A stretch of DNA of 64,000 nucleotides from positions 15,624,001 to 15,688,000 of the forward strand of contig NC_059440.1 in the NCBI RefSeq assembly GCF_021028975.2, written 5' to 3'. The notes under the pieces are model-generated. The model was not told where the DNA came from. It worked only from the letters and a program-made list of their open reading frames with translations, and made no database searches. Below, piece by piece: positions 48,751-61,134 of the stretch; the first letter of the stretch is position 1, and every line of letters starts with the position of its first letter. The position numbers and the translations under genes were made by a program. Origin of the DNA: Sphaerodactylus townsendi (lineage: Eukaryota).

Positions 48751-51055
48751 CGGACGGGCCGTCTGCCTGTTTGGCTGGCTGCTCTGCAGAGGTTTTTCTT
48801 AACAAGAATGAATGAAAACAGATGCTGAGGGCCCCTCAGGGCCTATAACTCTCGGTCAACTATCACCTCTGATGGCTTTTCATAGGGCTGAACGGTCCAC
48901 CTTCTCGGGGCTTTTATGTCTGCGAACAACACTGCCAAATTACTAAAGCTGAAGAGGTCATCTGCAGACGGGCTTGGCCTTTTGATTTCCAAATTGTTAA
49001 AACTGATTAGGCTGTCCTTTGCAACTGATTTTATTTGTCAAGTAGAGTGGGTGGGTTGGTGGAAGAGAGAGAACTGGGGAGGGACCTGATGCTATCCAGA
49101 GCTGACACACTGGCAGCGAGTTCACACATGTTTTTAGAGATAAATTGTCCAACAGGAGTAAGTGAATTCGTCCTGTGGAAATCTGCCAAAACCTCATGAA
49201 ATGTAGTCTCTCGACATCTTTTATAAAGGGGTTCACTGGAATAACGATGGGGAAGAGCATTATAGCAGTTTGTGCAAGCTCGTCCTTCTTGGGTTCGTTT
49301 TGTTTCTGTGCTTGTTCCATGCAGCTTCTATAAGAGCAGCCCTTCCTGGCCTATTGAGCTTTTCATCAAGAAGGGAAAGAACATCTTGGCGTCAAGAAGC
49401 TCTCGTGTCATTGGCTATTCAGAGCTTCAGCGTATCCTTGGAAAGGCTGGAGACAGCCTAGTTAGAAAAAGAGGAAAGGATTTCAAGGAAGGATGTGTAG
49501 AATTTTACTAGAAAAAGACTTGCTTTCAGGCCTGACAATCAAAGCCTTATGGACTAGCAAGGAAAGCATCTAGAATGGGCATGCCCTGATTACGTGGGCA
49601 GCCCTGTAGCATGGTGCACAGCATTGTAGAAGATTTGACCAAGGAACTCCTCATTGGATGAGCTGGTATCATTCAGCTGAAAACAGCTACTGCTGCCTGT
49701 TCCTGTTTTCTCCCCCACCCCCCAAATTATTACTGACCACGAAAAAGGAAGGAAAAGTGATGGGGTGTGGAAAGGGTTTTGGGAGGTCCTTTCTCTCAGC
49801 ATTCTGACAGGTTTGACACAGGATTACATTATTATCATTGTCTGCATAGTGCTTGTGTGCTCTCAGAAGGCAATTAAGCTCGCTGAAATAAGGATGACGC
49901 GGATTCATCCATAGACAAAGAAGTTACTTCTGTTGTCACATGATCAATGAACCTATGGTGTTAAGATGGCAAAACTGAACCTGGAGAAATTAGATTCCAA
50001 GGCAGCAATCCTGTGTAAACTTGCTTGGAAGGAAGCCCCTTTGAATGCAACGCAACGAATTTCCAAGTAAGCCCATGCTGGGTTGGGCATCATGGCAGAT
50101 TCCTGCCTTGCCAAATGTTATGCCATCTTATCCTGCATCTCAGATCTTTGCATGTCCTCAGAATGCTGTTTAGTACAGAGGTGAGGATAACTGTATGGTA
50201 CATTAAAAGTTTATGGTCTACATGGTCACTGTCCTTCCTAAAAAAAATCCTTTAGTGTCTGCAGAACAGGGTTATTGAAAAAGATATTCAGTGCTTACCT
50301 TTTTCACTGGACACTGTTGCCAAATTTTTTTTAACCAGATTGTTAACTTCATGATGACAATATATACCTAGTGGTTCTCCCTCATACCTGCATTCCCATG
50401 CCTGCAGGAGACTGCTAGTTCTAGTATAACGCGTAAGTATATAGTATTTACGATGCATATGAGTTGTGAAATCCTCCTAAACTGCCAATTATTAAATACC
50501 TCTAAGCTATTATTGTGGTGCTTTTTCCCCCCAAGGAAAACATTACTTTCTTTAAACAGCATTCAAATCAGCCGCTTAAGGAAAAAGGAGGTAAGTCTAG
50601 GGCTGTTTGTGCACCGCCCTCAATCACAGATCCAGTACGGATTAGTGAGATCTTTTGAAAGCTCCAGTAATGCAGTTGGCGGGTGCGGCGCATATGTGAC
50701 AATGCAAGAACACAACGTTCTGCAGTCACGAGCTGGAGCCGCAGCAAATTGTCTCCGGGAACTCGAGTGGCACAGCTAGTGCTTGACACACCCGTGGCAA
50801 GAGCGACGGATACCTTCCCAGTGCCTCTTTCAATTCCTCCAGAGTTCCTCCAGAGTCTATAGGGAAGGGCCAAAACCCACTGCCAGTCAAGAGCAGAAAT
50901 GTATTCAGTTGTCTGACCCAGTTGCTTTTTATGTTTGTAGCTTCTCCCACCCCAGTCTGCATCTAACAGAACTGGAGGTGGTATCTGCACAGCTGGGAGT
51001 GGTACTGACACAGGGTCCTTGGGGCGGGGGGGATCAAACCAGTTTTTAGAGGTAA

Positions 51056-51061
51056 TTTATT
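51056..51061 (-). terminator. Candidate ALKBH4 polyadenylation signal
   Basis: AATAAA on the - strand about 1.04 kb after the stop. Confidence 0.45.
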
Positions 51062-51284
51062 GAAGGGAAAGGGCATGTAGACAGAACTGGGAAGGCACAA
51101 GGTCTGTAAACAAACATTTTGGTAGGTTGAACAGTTTAAATTCATAATATACATGGGAGTTCTAACTCTGAGGAGGAGGACATCTTGAATCTTGGGTGTT
51201 TCCCATCAGCTGTTCAAGGAGGCAGGACTAAACTAATCCCTTCCTATCTTCCTCCTTGCCCATGGCCTACGTTGTGCATGTGCA

Positions 51285-51610
51285 TAAAGTGCCATCAAGT
51301 TGCAGCCGACTTACGGCAAGCCCAGCAAGGGGCTTCTGAGACGCAGAGGTGGTTTGCCAGTGCCTTCCTCTGCATGGTATTTCTTGGTGGTCTCCCTTCC
51401 AAGAACTGATCCTGCTTAACTTTTGAGAACTGACAAGATTGGGTTACATCAGGGGTAGGGAACCTGCGGCTCTCCAGATGTTCAGGAACTACAATTCCCA
51501 TCAGCCCCTACCAGCATGGCCAATTGGCCATGCTGACAGAGGCTGATGGGAATTATAGTTCCTGAACATCTGGAGAGCCGCAGGTTCCCTACCTCTGGGT
51601 TACACCATAC
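51285..51610 (-). mobile_element. 5S rRNA-derived SINE carrying a nested hAT MITE
   Basis: ggtatttcttggtggtctcccttccaag..cctgcttaac..gacaagattggg resembles the 5S reverse complement. Confidence 0.65.
51450..51597. mobile_element. Palindromic hAT MITE (same family) in a 5S-SINE, downstream of the ALKBH4 stop
   Basis: 148 bp palindrome; TSD GGTTACAT/GGTTACAC. Confidence 0.9.
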
Positions 51611-52101
51611 CACCTTCCCTACCACAGCTTATGTTAATCCCCCTTTTCCTCCAGTAGAGAGGTGACAGTAGCATTTTCACAGTCACAGCAGTAAAAATGT
51701 AAATAAATAGAAACAGAAAATTTGATGTTGGCCTCCATCTAGTTCAGCATTCCATTTTCTACAGTGGCTAAACAGATGTTTTGAGAAACCAACAAAGATC
51801 ACACAAAGGGTGCAGCTGCCCCCACGATGAACCCCGAGCAAGTGGTATTCTGACACACACAGCCATTCATATGGATGTTATATCCCAGACTTTGACGGCC
51901 TTCTCCTTCTCCTCTGCTCCCTCTAATTCCCCTAAGAGTCTAAGAAACTCACTCGAGTAATCATCAGGATATGTTTTACTTGATCAATGTGTACATTAAG
52001 TGAAGAAAAAATGCCAGCTAATGTATGAGTTCATTAAAGTTTAACACTCTAATTTCCAGTTAATCAAACAAATAAGGGTCGTAATTCTTTCTCTCACATG
52101 C

Positions 52102-52779
52102 CTACACGGGTGTTCCCTGGAACGTTAGAGCAATTTCCAGCAGTTTTCTACCCAGTTCTTCCTGCTCTCCTCCATGACTGAATTCCTCAGACAGCTCTCT
52201 GAAGGTGATGCAGATCCGGCGGCTTGTGATATGGTTTCGATAAATGGCGTGGTTCCACATGTAGCGAGCGGGTCCATATAGAACCACCAGTGATCTCCGA
52301 GGCAAGTGAACACCAACGGTAATGTCTTTGGATGGAACCACCTTTGTGGAAGAACAGCAGTCCGCTTCCCATTGGATAGTGTTCCTGAGTCCTTCTGCAG
52401 AAGCAAAACTGATTGGTTGATGATGGTTCTGAGAGACAGAGAGTGATGCAGAGCCATGCATCTGCTCCTCTGTGCTAGGGAAGGCAGGGAATAACTGGAT
52501 GCCGTCCTCAGAATCACAAGACATGGAAAGCACGGTGCTTGACAGCAAGTTCAAACTCACTAGGCGCTCACCCCAAAGCCAACAGTCATCCAAGTGAGGG
52601 TCAATGGCAGATCCTCTCGCGGGGTCATAATCCAAGTTGCACTGCTCCACAGGAAGGAAGCCTGCCAGGGAGGGATGGTTTCTCATGCGTGTCACAAGCT
52701 CCTGGCTGAACTGGGGCAAGCCGGAAAAATCAGTCACTTTCAACTTCTGCTTCTTGAAGTTGACTTTGGGACCATAATC
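52102..52779 (-). CDS. ALKBH4: ALKBH4 exon 3, 2OG-Fe(II) dioxygenase core
   Basis: DYGPKVNFKKQKLK..VEQCNLDY..GSAIDPHLDD (HxD)..WNHAI..RRICITFREL..FQGTPV*. Total 342 aa. Confidence 0.97.
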   Translation of the reverse strand, partial: DYGPKVNFKKQKLKVTDFSGLPQFSQELVTRMRNHPSLAGFLPVEQCNLDYDPARGSAIDPHLDDCWLWGERLVSLNLLSSTVLSMSCDSEDGIQLFPAFPSTEEQMHGSASLSVSQNHHQPISFASAEGLRNTIQWEADCCSSTKVVPSKDITVGVHLPRRSLVVLYGPARYMWNHAIYRNHITSRRICITFRELSEEFSHGGEQEELGRKLLEIALTFQGTPV

Positions 52780-53554
52780 CTATTGAAATGGGGGGAAGGA
52801 GAGAGAAATGATAGTTGAGATTTTGTGGAATCGTGGCTAAGAATATGAGCCGTTGATTGGAGCTGTGAAGCCCTCGCTCATATCTTTCTCCGGAGAGCTT
52901 TAGACAACATCTCTTTTTCCAGTTCACCATCCGCAACTCGGAGATAATAATCTCCTTTACAAGACTACTGTTAAGAATTGCTGTCGTAATTGTTCCGAAA
53001 CATTCTGAAATATGTAGAAATCAATATAAGTGCTATGTGTTATATAAGCAGGGAGGTATTCTCACTACCTGCAAGTCTGGAACCCTGAGATTTTTCTGAA
53101 ACTGACTTCCATCGAGATCGAAGTCAGGTCGTGAGCAGAGCTTTGACTGCAGTACTTAACCCTCTGTGCCATGGGGCTCCTAGCTTAGATGGCTTTAAAA
53201 GGGCATTAGTGAAATTTATGGGAAATAGCAATCATGGATAACAGCCACTGGTAGACTGAGTGGAACTTTTGCCTCTGAATAGCTGTTGCTGGCAGGCAAT
53301 ATCAAAACAAATGCCTCTATGTCCCTAAAGAATCTCGCTGACCATTCTGGAAAACAGCTTTCTAGATTAGATGGAGCTTTCGTCTAATCTAGAAGGGCTC
53401 TTCTTACATTGTTAAATCGTCTTTCAATTTGTTCTTTAATGACGGAGAAAGGCATAAATAAAACATTCACAACATCAGGGGGCTGCGTTGCAGGGAAAGA
53501 CCGGGAAAGTTGAAGACTTATGAGCTAGGAGAGTTTTCAGCGCAAGGACAATAC

Positions 53555-53752
53555 CTGCTTTCTTCGGCCAGATTGCGACGGCTTCCAAGCGTTTTGATCC
53601 GTCAGCTCCACTATCTTGCTTTCCTCCTCTAGGCTTATGAAGTCATCAAGCAAAAAAACCCCTGGAAATGGAAAGGCCCAGCCTGCAAATCCCGATGGCC
53701 TTTCTCCTACAGCCAAGCCAGTTAGTGGGCAGTAAACAAAGTTCTCTTTTTT
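53555..53752 (-). CDS. ALKBH4: ALKBH4 exon 2
   Basis: KKENFVYCPLTGLAVG..FAGWAFPFPGVFLLDDFIS..WKPSQSGRRKQ; cctcAG acceptor, GTATTG donor. Confidence 0.96.
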
Positions 53753-55230
53753 CTGAGGAAAGAAGGGAGGCAGGAAAAAGGGAAACATTTTTCATTCGGA
53801 TACTATTGCACCAAAAAGAAGAAGTCATCTTTGAAAGAAATGTTCCTAGCTGCCTCGGTAGAATCAAGTCCTTACGTTGTCTAGAATCTTTTTGGGTTAT
53901 TCTATTATGTTTCATTGCTATGTTTATTGCTATTGTTATATTTGCATGTTGTGATATATGTTTTATGATATGTGTGACACCGATGGTGGCTGCTCTGAGC
54001 CTATCACGAGAAGGAGAACGCAAAAAAAAATTCAAATTAAAAAGGGAAATTAATTTTGATTATTCTTCGTTACACTTTTTAATCAGCTGTCATAACTGTT
54101 ATTTTATTCTCATAGTTTAAAAGTACTACTTATTGTCACAGTATTTCAATTAATGAAATATGGGGATCCTGCAAATGAGAGAAAATACTAGCTATGGGAT
54201 GCCATTAAGATAAATGAAATTTCTGCAACATACCATCTGTGTTGAAGTATTTTTACTGATAAAAATGTTAAAATTAAATAGGAGAGGATCTTCTAGGGGT
54301 GAATCACTTGCAGGGTTGAAAGAAGCTATGAATGTCTTGCTGTGAATAACTTTGTCAGCACCTGAGTGCTACCAAGCTATTCAATCCACTTGCAAAGACA
54401 GAAAATGTATGGAGACAAGGAGAGAATTCCAGAGAACTAGACAATCTGTTCTCTGGAAGGAGCTGTGAAAAGAAAGTAAGCCATCAAGGCCTTCTGTTGT
54501 TAAATATTTCACCAGAGTTTGTTTGACTTTAAAACTGCCTTAATAGAAACACTGTCAGAATAATGGTCTGAGATAATTTACTCATGCCTTAAAAGCTTCC
54601 CATTTCTGACTTCTTGTTATAAAAGGAGTGGTGATAGTTTTGAAACTAGGAAAATGTTATTTTAACAGGAATAGCTTTTGTAAATAAATTTGATACTTAA
54701 CTATGCTTTGCATATAAAAGATTTCAATCATTGTTGAAGGCTCTGCTCCATTTGCTATATCCGTTATCCCACGACAGACTCTCCTCTGCCCATTAAAAAG
54801 CAAAGAACATTGTTCTTTAGGTTGATTCGGTTGGAGGTATACTAGAAAACCATAACTGTCTAGCAATCTGTGATCAATAGTTCAGATGCAATATGGCAGG
54901 TGGAGGACTGCAAAGCACCTTAGTGTTCTTGGGCGCTCGATTACTTGCATGCACATGAAAAATAAGGCAGCCGGGCTCTCTCGACCCTGCCCGTGTCGAT
55001 GACAACATCCTGCTGCCTCGCCGTCTTCCTGGTCACGTGGGGGGCCAATTTTGCGCCCCCCACGTGACCAGCTTAGTGGCGCCTGGAGACAGAGGGTACC
55101 CCTCGTCCCTGGGTAAATACCCCACTGCTCTCCAGGCTCCATCCCCAAATCTCTAGGTGTTCCCCAACCTGGATCTGGCAACCCTGCACCCCAGCCCCTA
55201 GTGGGGAGGAGCCCTTATCGTCCAGTTAAG

Positions 55231-55518
55231 CGTAGTGTAGTGGTTAAGAGCAGGTGGATTCTAATTTGGAGAACCGGGTTTGATTCCCCACTCCTCCACC
55301 CGAGTGCCTGAGGCTTATCTGGTGAACCAGATGTGTTTCTGCACTCCTATATTCCTGCTGGGTGACCTTGGGATGGTCACAGTTCTTTGGAACTCTCCCA
55401 GCCCCACCTACCTCACCAGGTGTCTGTTGTGGGGAGAGGAAGGGAAAGGAGCCTGTAAGCCACCTTGAGTCTCCTTACAGGAGAGAAAGGTGGGGTATAA
55501 ATCCAAACTCTTCTTCTT
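55231..55518 (+). mobile_element. tRNA-derived SINE (Squam3-like) in ALKBH4 intron 1
   Basis: Complete copy. Confidence 0.85.
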
Positions 55519-57099
55519 AAGTGGTTAGATTGACTGGTTTAAGAGATGCCTGAAAACCATGATTTAAAAAAGCATTGGTAGCATGTGCAATCTTAGAAGG
55601 GACATTACCAATCTTAGAAGGGACATTACCCCTTCTTTCTCCCAAGATAAAACAGCTCTTCTGAGATGGGACGGGCCATAACACGTCCCTGTCTCATGTA
55701 AAACCAGCAGCCTCAGTACATAAGGCTCAACAGGGCTCTTAGCTGTAAATAATACATCAAATAGGCAACCCTGAAAACCTGCTGCAACCAGAATTTATTT
55801 GGAGCAACTCCAGAACAACAAAAATTGTTGTGGTGGAACCTTTTGTGCCCCTCCTGCCCACTTCATCAGATGCACAACATGCTGTCATCAGCTGATCATT
55901 ATATATAATCTCACACTGAACACATCACTTAACTATAATAACGACAGGTACCATAAATATGCTGTCAACTAAAGACAGCAGGTTGTATCCAATGATTCCA
56001 TCTGGCTGGCGTTTTCTTCCATCAGAAGTTCCTACGGTAGTACCAGCAGAAGAGTTGTTGGCTACAACCCATTATCTAGGAAATAATGTATATTATATAA
56101 TGATGTATGTACATATTATCTGTCTAAATCTGTCCACTGAGACAGACTGTGTTATATGTATCCTTTTTACAACTGAGGACATAACATATAAAATGTATAT
56201 TGTGTATGAACGTTTGTAATAAACTTTGGCCATAGTGGACATAAGTATGTTGCATATAAAATCTCTGGTCAACTGAGAAAGTGTTTTCCCCCGCATGTCT
56301 ACATCTGTAATATATACAGGTGGGGGTAAAATGGAACACCTCTACAAAGAAAGAACCCCCAACTGCCAAGAAGTCCTGTCAATGATATTCCTTCTTCTGT
56401 ATTATTTTATACAATTCCAAGTAGTCCTGCAAACTGGAGAGGGGTGAGGAGATCCCACAGGCCATTGTTACTGTCAAATGTAATAATAGTAACAGATTTA
56501 ATATGGTCCAAGACCAGCACATGGTTACAGAACTCCATGAAAACCAAAAAATACATAAAGGTACGAAACAAAACAGAAAAGACATCTACCCAAAACAATG
56601 TTAATAACATCATTGCAAAAATGGATCCCAATGGGACATTCGAAGAGCAGAAACCATCCCCAAACTTTTAACTCACTGTCTGTTATCCACCAACCTCTAA
56701 AACACCTTTACCGGTTGATCTTTTAAACCTTAATCAACCCCTGGACTTTTTGTTTTGCTACCACCGACCAGCACAGCTTCCCCATTGTAAATATACAATT
56801 CAATGTAAGAATCGACGGCTTCCCCATTGTAACCATACTGTCAAATGTAACAGATTTAATATGGTCCAGGCCCAGCACATAGTTCCAGAATTACATTAAA
56901 ACATAAAATATATACCTATGTAATTGTAAAAATCTATATTTGTCCAGTGTTAAAAGGATCCTATACAATTTTTAAAGTACAACTGATCATCCCTGCCACT
57001 GGTGAGACGCAAGGGCGCTTTGCACATGCTCAGAGGCACGCTCGAAGTCCCTTTTTCAAAAGGGGGGGGAAGGCTTTTTTTGACGGTGGGTTGGCGAGC

Positions 57100-57830
57100 C
57101 TGCCCCACCCCTTCCCGTCTCCCTGGCCGCCCACCCCCTTTCCCTTCACTCCGCCCGGCCCCTCCTCCGTGATGCCGCTCTGGGTACCTGCGGGGGCGGG
57201 GCGGCCTCCTCGCAAAGCAGGCAGGAGCGGCGTCCCTGGCACCCGCAGGCTCCGGGCCCGGCTGAGGAGGCGCCAGCGGCGGCGGGGGAGGTCCCGGCGA
57301 CTCTTCTTCCTCCTCCTCCTCCTCCCCTCACAGCCGCCATCCCGACCTCCTTCCCCCACCCCTCGCGCCCGGCTCGGGGAGTCCTTCCGCTTCCCCGCGC
57401 GAGGCGGCCGCGACGAAAGGAAGGCCTTCCCGCCTCAGAGGTGAGAGGAGGAGTCGCCGCTGAAGTCCGTCTCGGGCCGGGGAGGGAGGAAAGCGCGGGA
57501 AGAGACGGACGGCAAGTGGCCGCCTCGGCCAGCCCGGGCTCGCTGGGCCGCCTTTCATAGGCCCGACCGCTTGACTGACTCGATCGCGCCGGTGGGGGGG
57601 GACAGAGAATCGGTTGTGAGTTGACGGACTCGCTTTCCCAGCAGCGCCCGCGCTGGCTCGCCCGTAGGAGAAGCGTTCTCGGGGCCGCGCGGGGCATGGT
57701 GGGAATTGTAGTGGCGGCGTGGGCCGCGGGTTTAAAGATGCCGTTACTTGAAATATACATCCTCCACCCTGGTTTCTCCTTCGCTCCTTCAGCGAGCGCG
57801 GGTCGCCGCTTTCTGTCTTTCTTTCGGGGG
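57100..57830. promoter_or_regulatory. ALKBH4 CpG-island promoter with ZNF143/THAP11-type motif
   Basis: Very CpG-rich. ACTACAATTCCCA-CCATGC on the - strand with core at 57700-57712; a second TTCCCAGCAG SBS-like site near 57635. Confidence 0.8.
57188..57340 (-). CDS. ALKBH4: ALKBH4 exon 1
   Basis: MAAVRGGGGGG..ACGCQGRRSCLLCEEAAPPPQ carries the N-terminal CGCxGxRxCLxCE motif; donor CAG|GTACCC; 51 codons. Confidence 0.9.
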
Positions 57831-59511
57831 TAAAAATGCTCGGGGGTGCTTATTTTTTATTACATCGGGCGAAAATAGATGGGGGGAGGAGCAACCCTCC
57901 AGTCAGGCAACCCCCTCCCCAAAACCCCACCGTCGCACGTCCATCTTCGTTTGAAACAACAGAATTCCCACAATAAAGAGGGGAAAGGGGGGGGGGGATC
58001 AGGCAGTCCCATGGCTGACCCCGTGAGCCCCCTGCTCCCAATTCTGTTTCCCGCCCATTTTCTCAATTCAAAGCTTCAATCGCCCCCTCCCCCATTGCCA
58101 GGCAAAATACAATTCCTGGCTTTATATGATCTCCCTTTCCTTCCAAAAAGCACCCCCCCCCCCCGCCGCATCCTTAAATCGTGTGGTTGCAAAGGAGTAA
58201 ATGGATAGTGTAAATAAACAACTGGACATGTGTGTGTTGGCGGGAAGTTAAAAGGGGAATAATAAGACAATCAGCCCCCTGCCCTGTTATCCTTTCGGCT
58301 AGAAAGGTCTTTGGTCAAGATCTCAATTCAGAGCATGGAGGAAAAGCCATTTTCTTCTTCCCCACCCCATAAGGCGGGCTGAACGGTTTCTTTTCTCTCT
58401 CCCCTTCCCCACCAGCTCAAAAACGCAATGTCTATTTAAGGGGAATAACTAGATACTCCTGACCCCTAAAAGCTAGACAAGCATCCCATTCCTCAAAGAA
58501 GATTTTTTTTCTGACTTGACCTTTTTTGTTGTTTTGTTTTGCTTGGGGGGCGGGGGGAGTAAAATCTCACACACTGAAAGATTTGCATTATGTTTTCAAA
58601 AGTAAATATTTTTAACTGTAAATATTTACAGTAAATGTCCTGTAAATATTTTTCGACATTCATATGTTATGATTAGAGTAGGAAGGTAACTAACTGCCCA
58701 TCCCCAATAAGTGAGATGGGTGTCCCCCCACCTGAACCCTCCCCCATTTTGGGGTTAGATTAAAATTCAAAACACTAAAGAATCCTTTCTTGTTCCTTAT
58801 GAATGCGCTGTCTTTGGTTTAGTGGAGGATTCTTAACAGCAAGGTTCAGCTTTGATGCCATGATAAAGAAAAGAGCGCCTCCATGCCTGTGCAAAGTGTG
58901 GCAGGTGACTGAAGTGTTCTGTATGGAATATCTCTGGAGGAGAGAACATTTGTCTAGTTGTTGGGCAGAAAAAGGCACACCGTTTCAGGCAAACCCCAGA
59001 ATGCCCCCTACCAGGAGTGGGTAAAGTGTGAAATCAAAAGGATAGAGTCACAGGTGGCACAGTTTATATAGAAGTTGATACAGGCAAGGACACCTTCAGA
59101 TATAAGTCCCAGGTCACAAAGGGCTATATAGTTGTTGAGCAAAAAGCTAAATTGTGGACCATCAGAAGTATTATTGTTTGCCTGCAAGAGAACGGGGCTC
59201 ATGCCCACTAGGTGTTTCTCTGTAAAACTCTGCCCAAAGCAAGTTGTTTATATGCTGAAACAAATAAGAATCAGGCTATTCCAAATAAGGTTACATATTG
59301 CCGTATCCTAAATTCATTAGTTTGTACACATTCCAGTTATACTGGACATCTCTGGTTTTTCTTGCAAGTTTTGCAATCTTCTGCTACACTTGTTTGCAGA
59401 CATCACTGTCCTGTTTAGCCCGTATGGATTCCTTAGCAAGCAAAAGTTACAGAAGCTAAAACCTTCATATATTCATTAAATATGATCCACATACTGAACA
59501 TCTTGAAATTA

Positions 59512-59879
59512 CTGAAGGCTTTCATGGCTAGATTTAACTGGTTGTGGTGGGTTTCCTGGGCTGTGTGGCCATGGTCTGGTGGATCTTGTTCCTGTCGTTT
59601 TACTTGCATCTGTGGCTGGCATCTTCCCTGGACTGAAAAATTCCACCTGCAATACTGTACCTTTGTATAACAAGTTCCACCCAAACGCTTACTGATTGGC
59701 TCCCCACCTGGGGGCATGACAATTTATACCCCACTAACATTCCCTTCTTGCTGGACACAGTGTGTAACAGACTTCCCTCTATGATACACCTCTGAAGATG
59801 CCAGCCACAGTTGCAGGCGAAACATCAGGAACAAGCTCCACCAGACCACTGCCACATAGCCCAGGAAACCCACTACAAC
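59512..59879. mobile_element. Penelope-like inverted terminal fragment with a decayed hammerhead (59789-59830)
   Basis: Inverted arms; cctCTGAAGAtgccagccacagttgcaggcGAAAcatcagga; 13 bp flanking direct repeat CATCTTGAAATTA. Confidence 0.75.
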
Positions 59880-61134
59880 CATCTTGAAATTAACTTGGAA
59901 ATAAATAGGTTATGTTCAAGGGCCACCCCGTGTACAGAATGTTGCAGTAATCTAGTCTGCAGATTGTAGAAACATGGACCAGTGTGACTAGAGCAGCAGA
60001 TTTTAGAAGGAAGAGTTTTCCAATCTGGTGTATATGAAAGAAAGTCCTAGTTCTTATGTACGTATCTTTTGGATGTGAACTATGTTCAGTGATCTGGGAC
60101 TAAACAGCATTTCGGAAATGAGTCCACAATGAATCTATACACAGCATCCTTGAAATGCGGGTTAAAGCCATTTGCACTTAACCATTTGTGCAAGATGATG
60201 TTTTACAGCAACTGGACTAGGTACAAATAACCAGTTGTTTTCAAACTTTCTTCCTTCAAGGACTCGTTTTCAAGTTGACTTTCTTGTTGAGGAGCCAAAT
60301 TATGTTATAGAACATTCTGAAGATCATTCTAAGGTACTCAATTCATGCGGGGTGCTGACCTGTCCTGTTGGCCTCACTGTTGTTCGCATGAGCTGACTCA
60401 AGAATCCAGCTCAGGCCACCGTTTCTCTGTGACTTGGAATTACAAGGTGACATTGGTGGTGGTTAAACAGGTTTTTAAGCAAGTATAAAAAAATGTTATC
60501 CATTAATACTCTTTTTTTCAGTGAGATTTGCTATTTCAAGGAGATTTGCTATTCCCTAAAAACATTTCCTTAAATAAGGGATAACTGATTTAAATAACTC
60601 AAGCCCCTAACTGATGGTTGCTTTGCTTGCCTACTTTGGAGTGAACTCGTGAGCTGATTAACATATATGTTTGAGCAAACGTGTATAAGATTGGGTTATG
60701 AAATGAAGTCGCTTACAATAGATTAAAACAATGCACATGTTACAACAAATTAAAAACAATACAAATATTATTGATAAATAATAAAGGAACAAATTGGCAT
60801 ATAGTTCTGGTACCCCAACAGGGCCTAAATGGCTAATATAGAAGATCTTCAAGTGACTTGTAGGTAAGCAAGGTTATGCAAAGATATGGAAGTCCTTAAA
60901 AAAAATAAACCTGAAATAAAGACAAGATAATAAATCCCGGTGGGAGCAGATAAATCCATTAATAGCCATTACCTGGGCTGTAATCTCTTCAACTGACACA
61001 AAACAGTAACTAACCCTTTGGTTCAATACAATTTAAGCAATGGTACTTCTATTCCAGAGACAGAAGCAATAAAATAAATTCACACTATACACAGTCAGAA
61101 TCAATCAGGACTTTGCAAGATTCCATGTTCATAA

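Noticed and set aside
58165-58208. + strand ILKSCGCKG resembles the ALKBH4 N-terminal CGCKG motif
   Set aside because: Wrong strand, stop codon soon after, no splice donor. The true exon 1 is at 57340-57188, so this is treated as coincidence.
60261-60333. Possible + strand exon TRFQVDFLVEEPNYVIEHSEDHSK
   Set aside because: Weak splice sites and no resemblance to LRWD1 or any protein I recognise.
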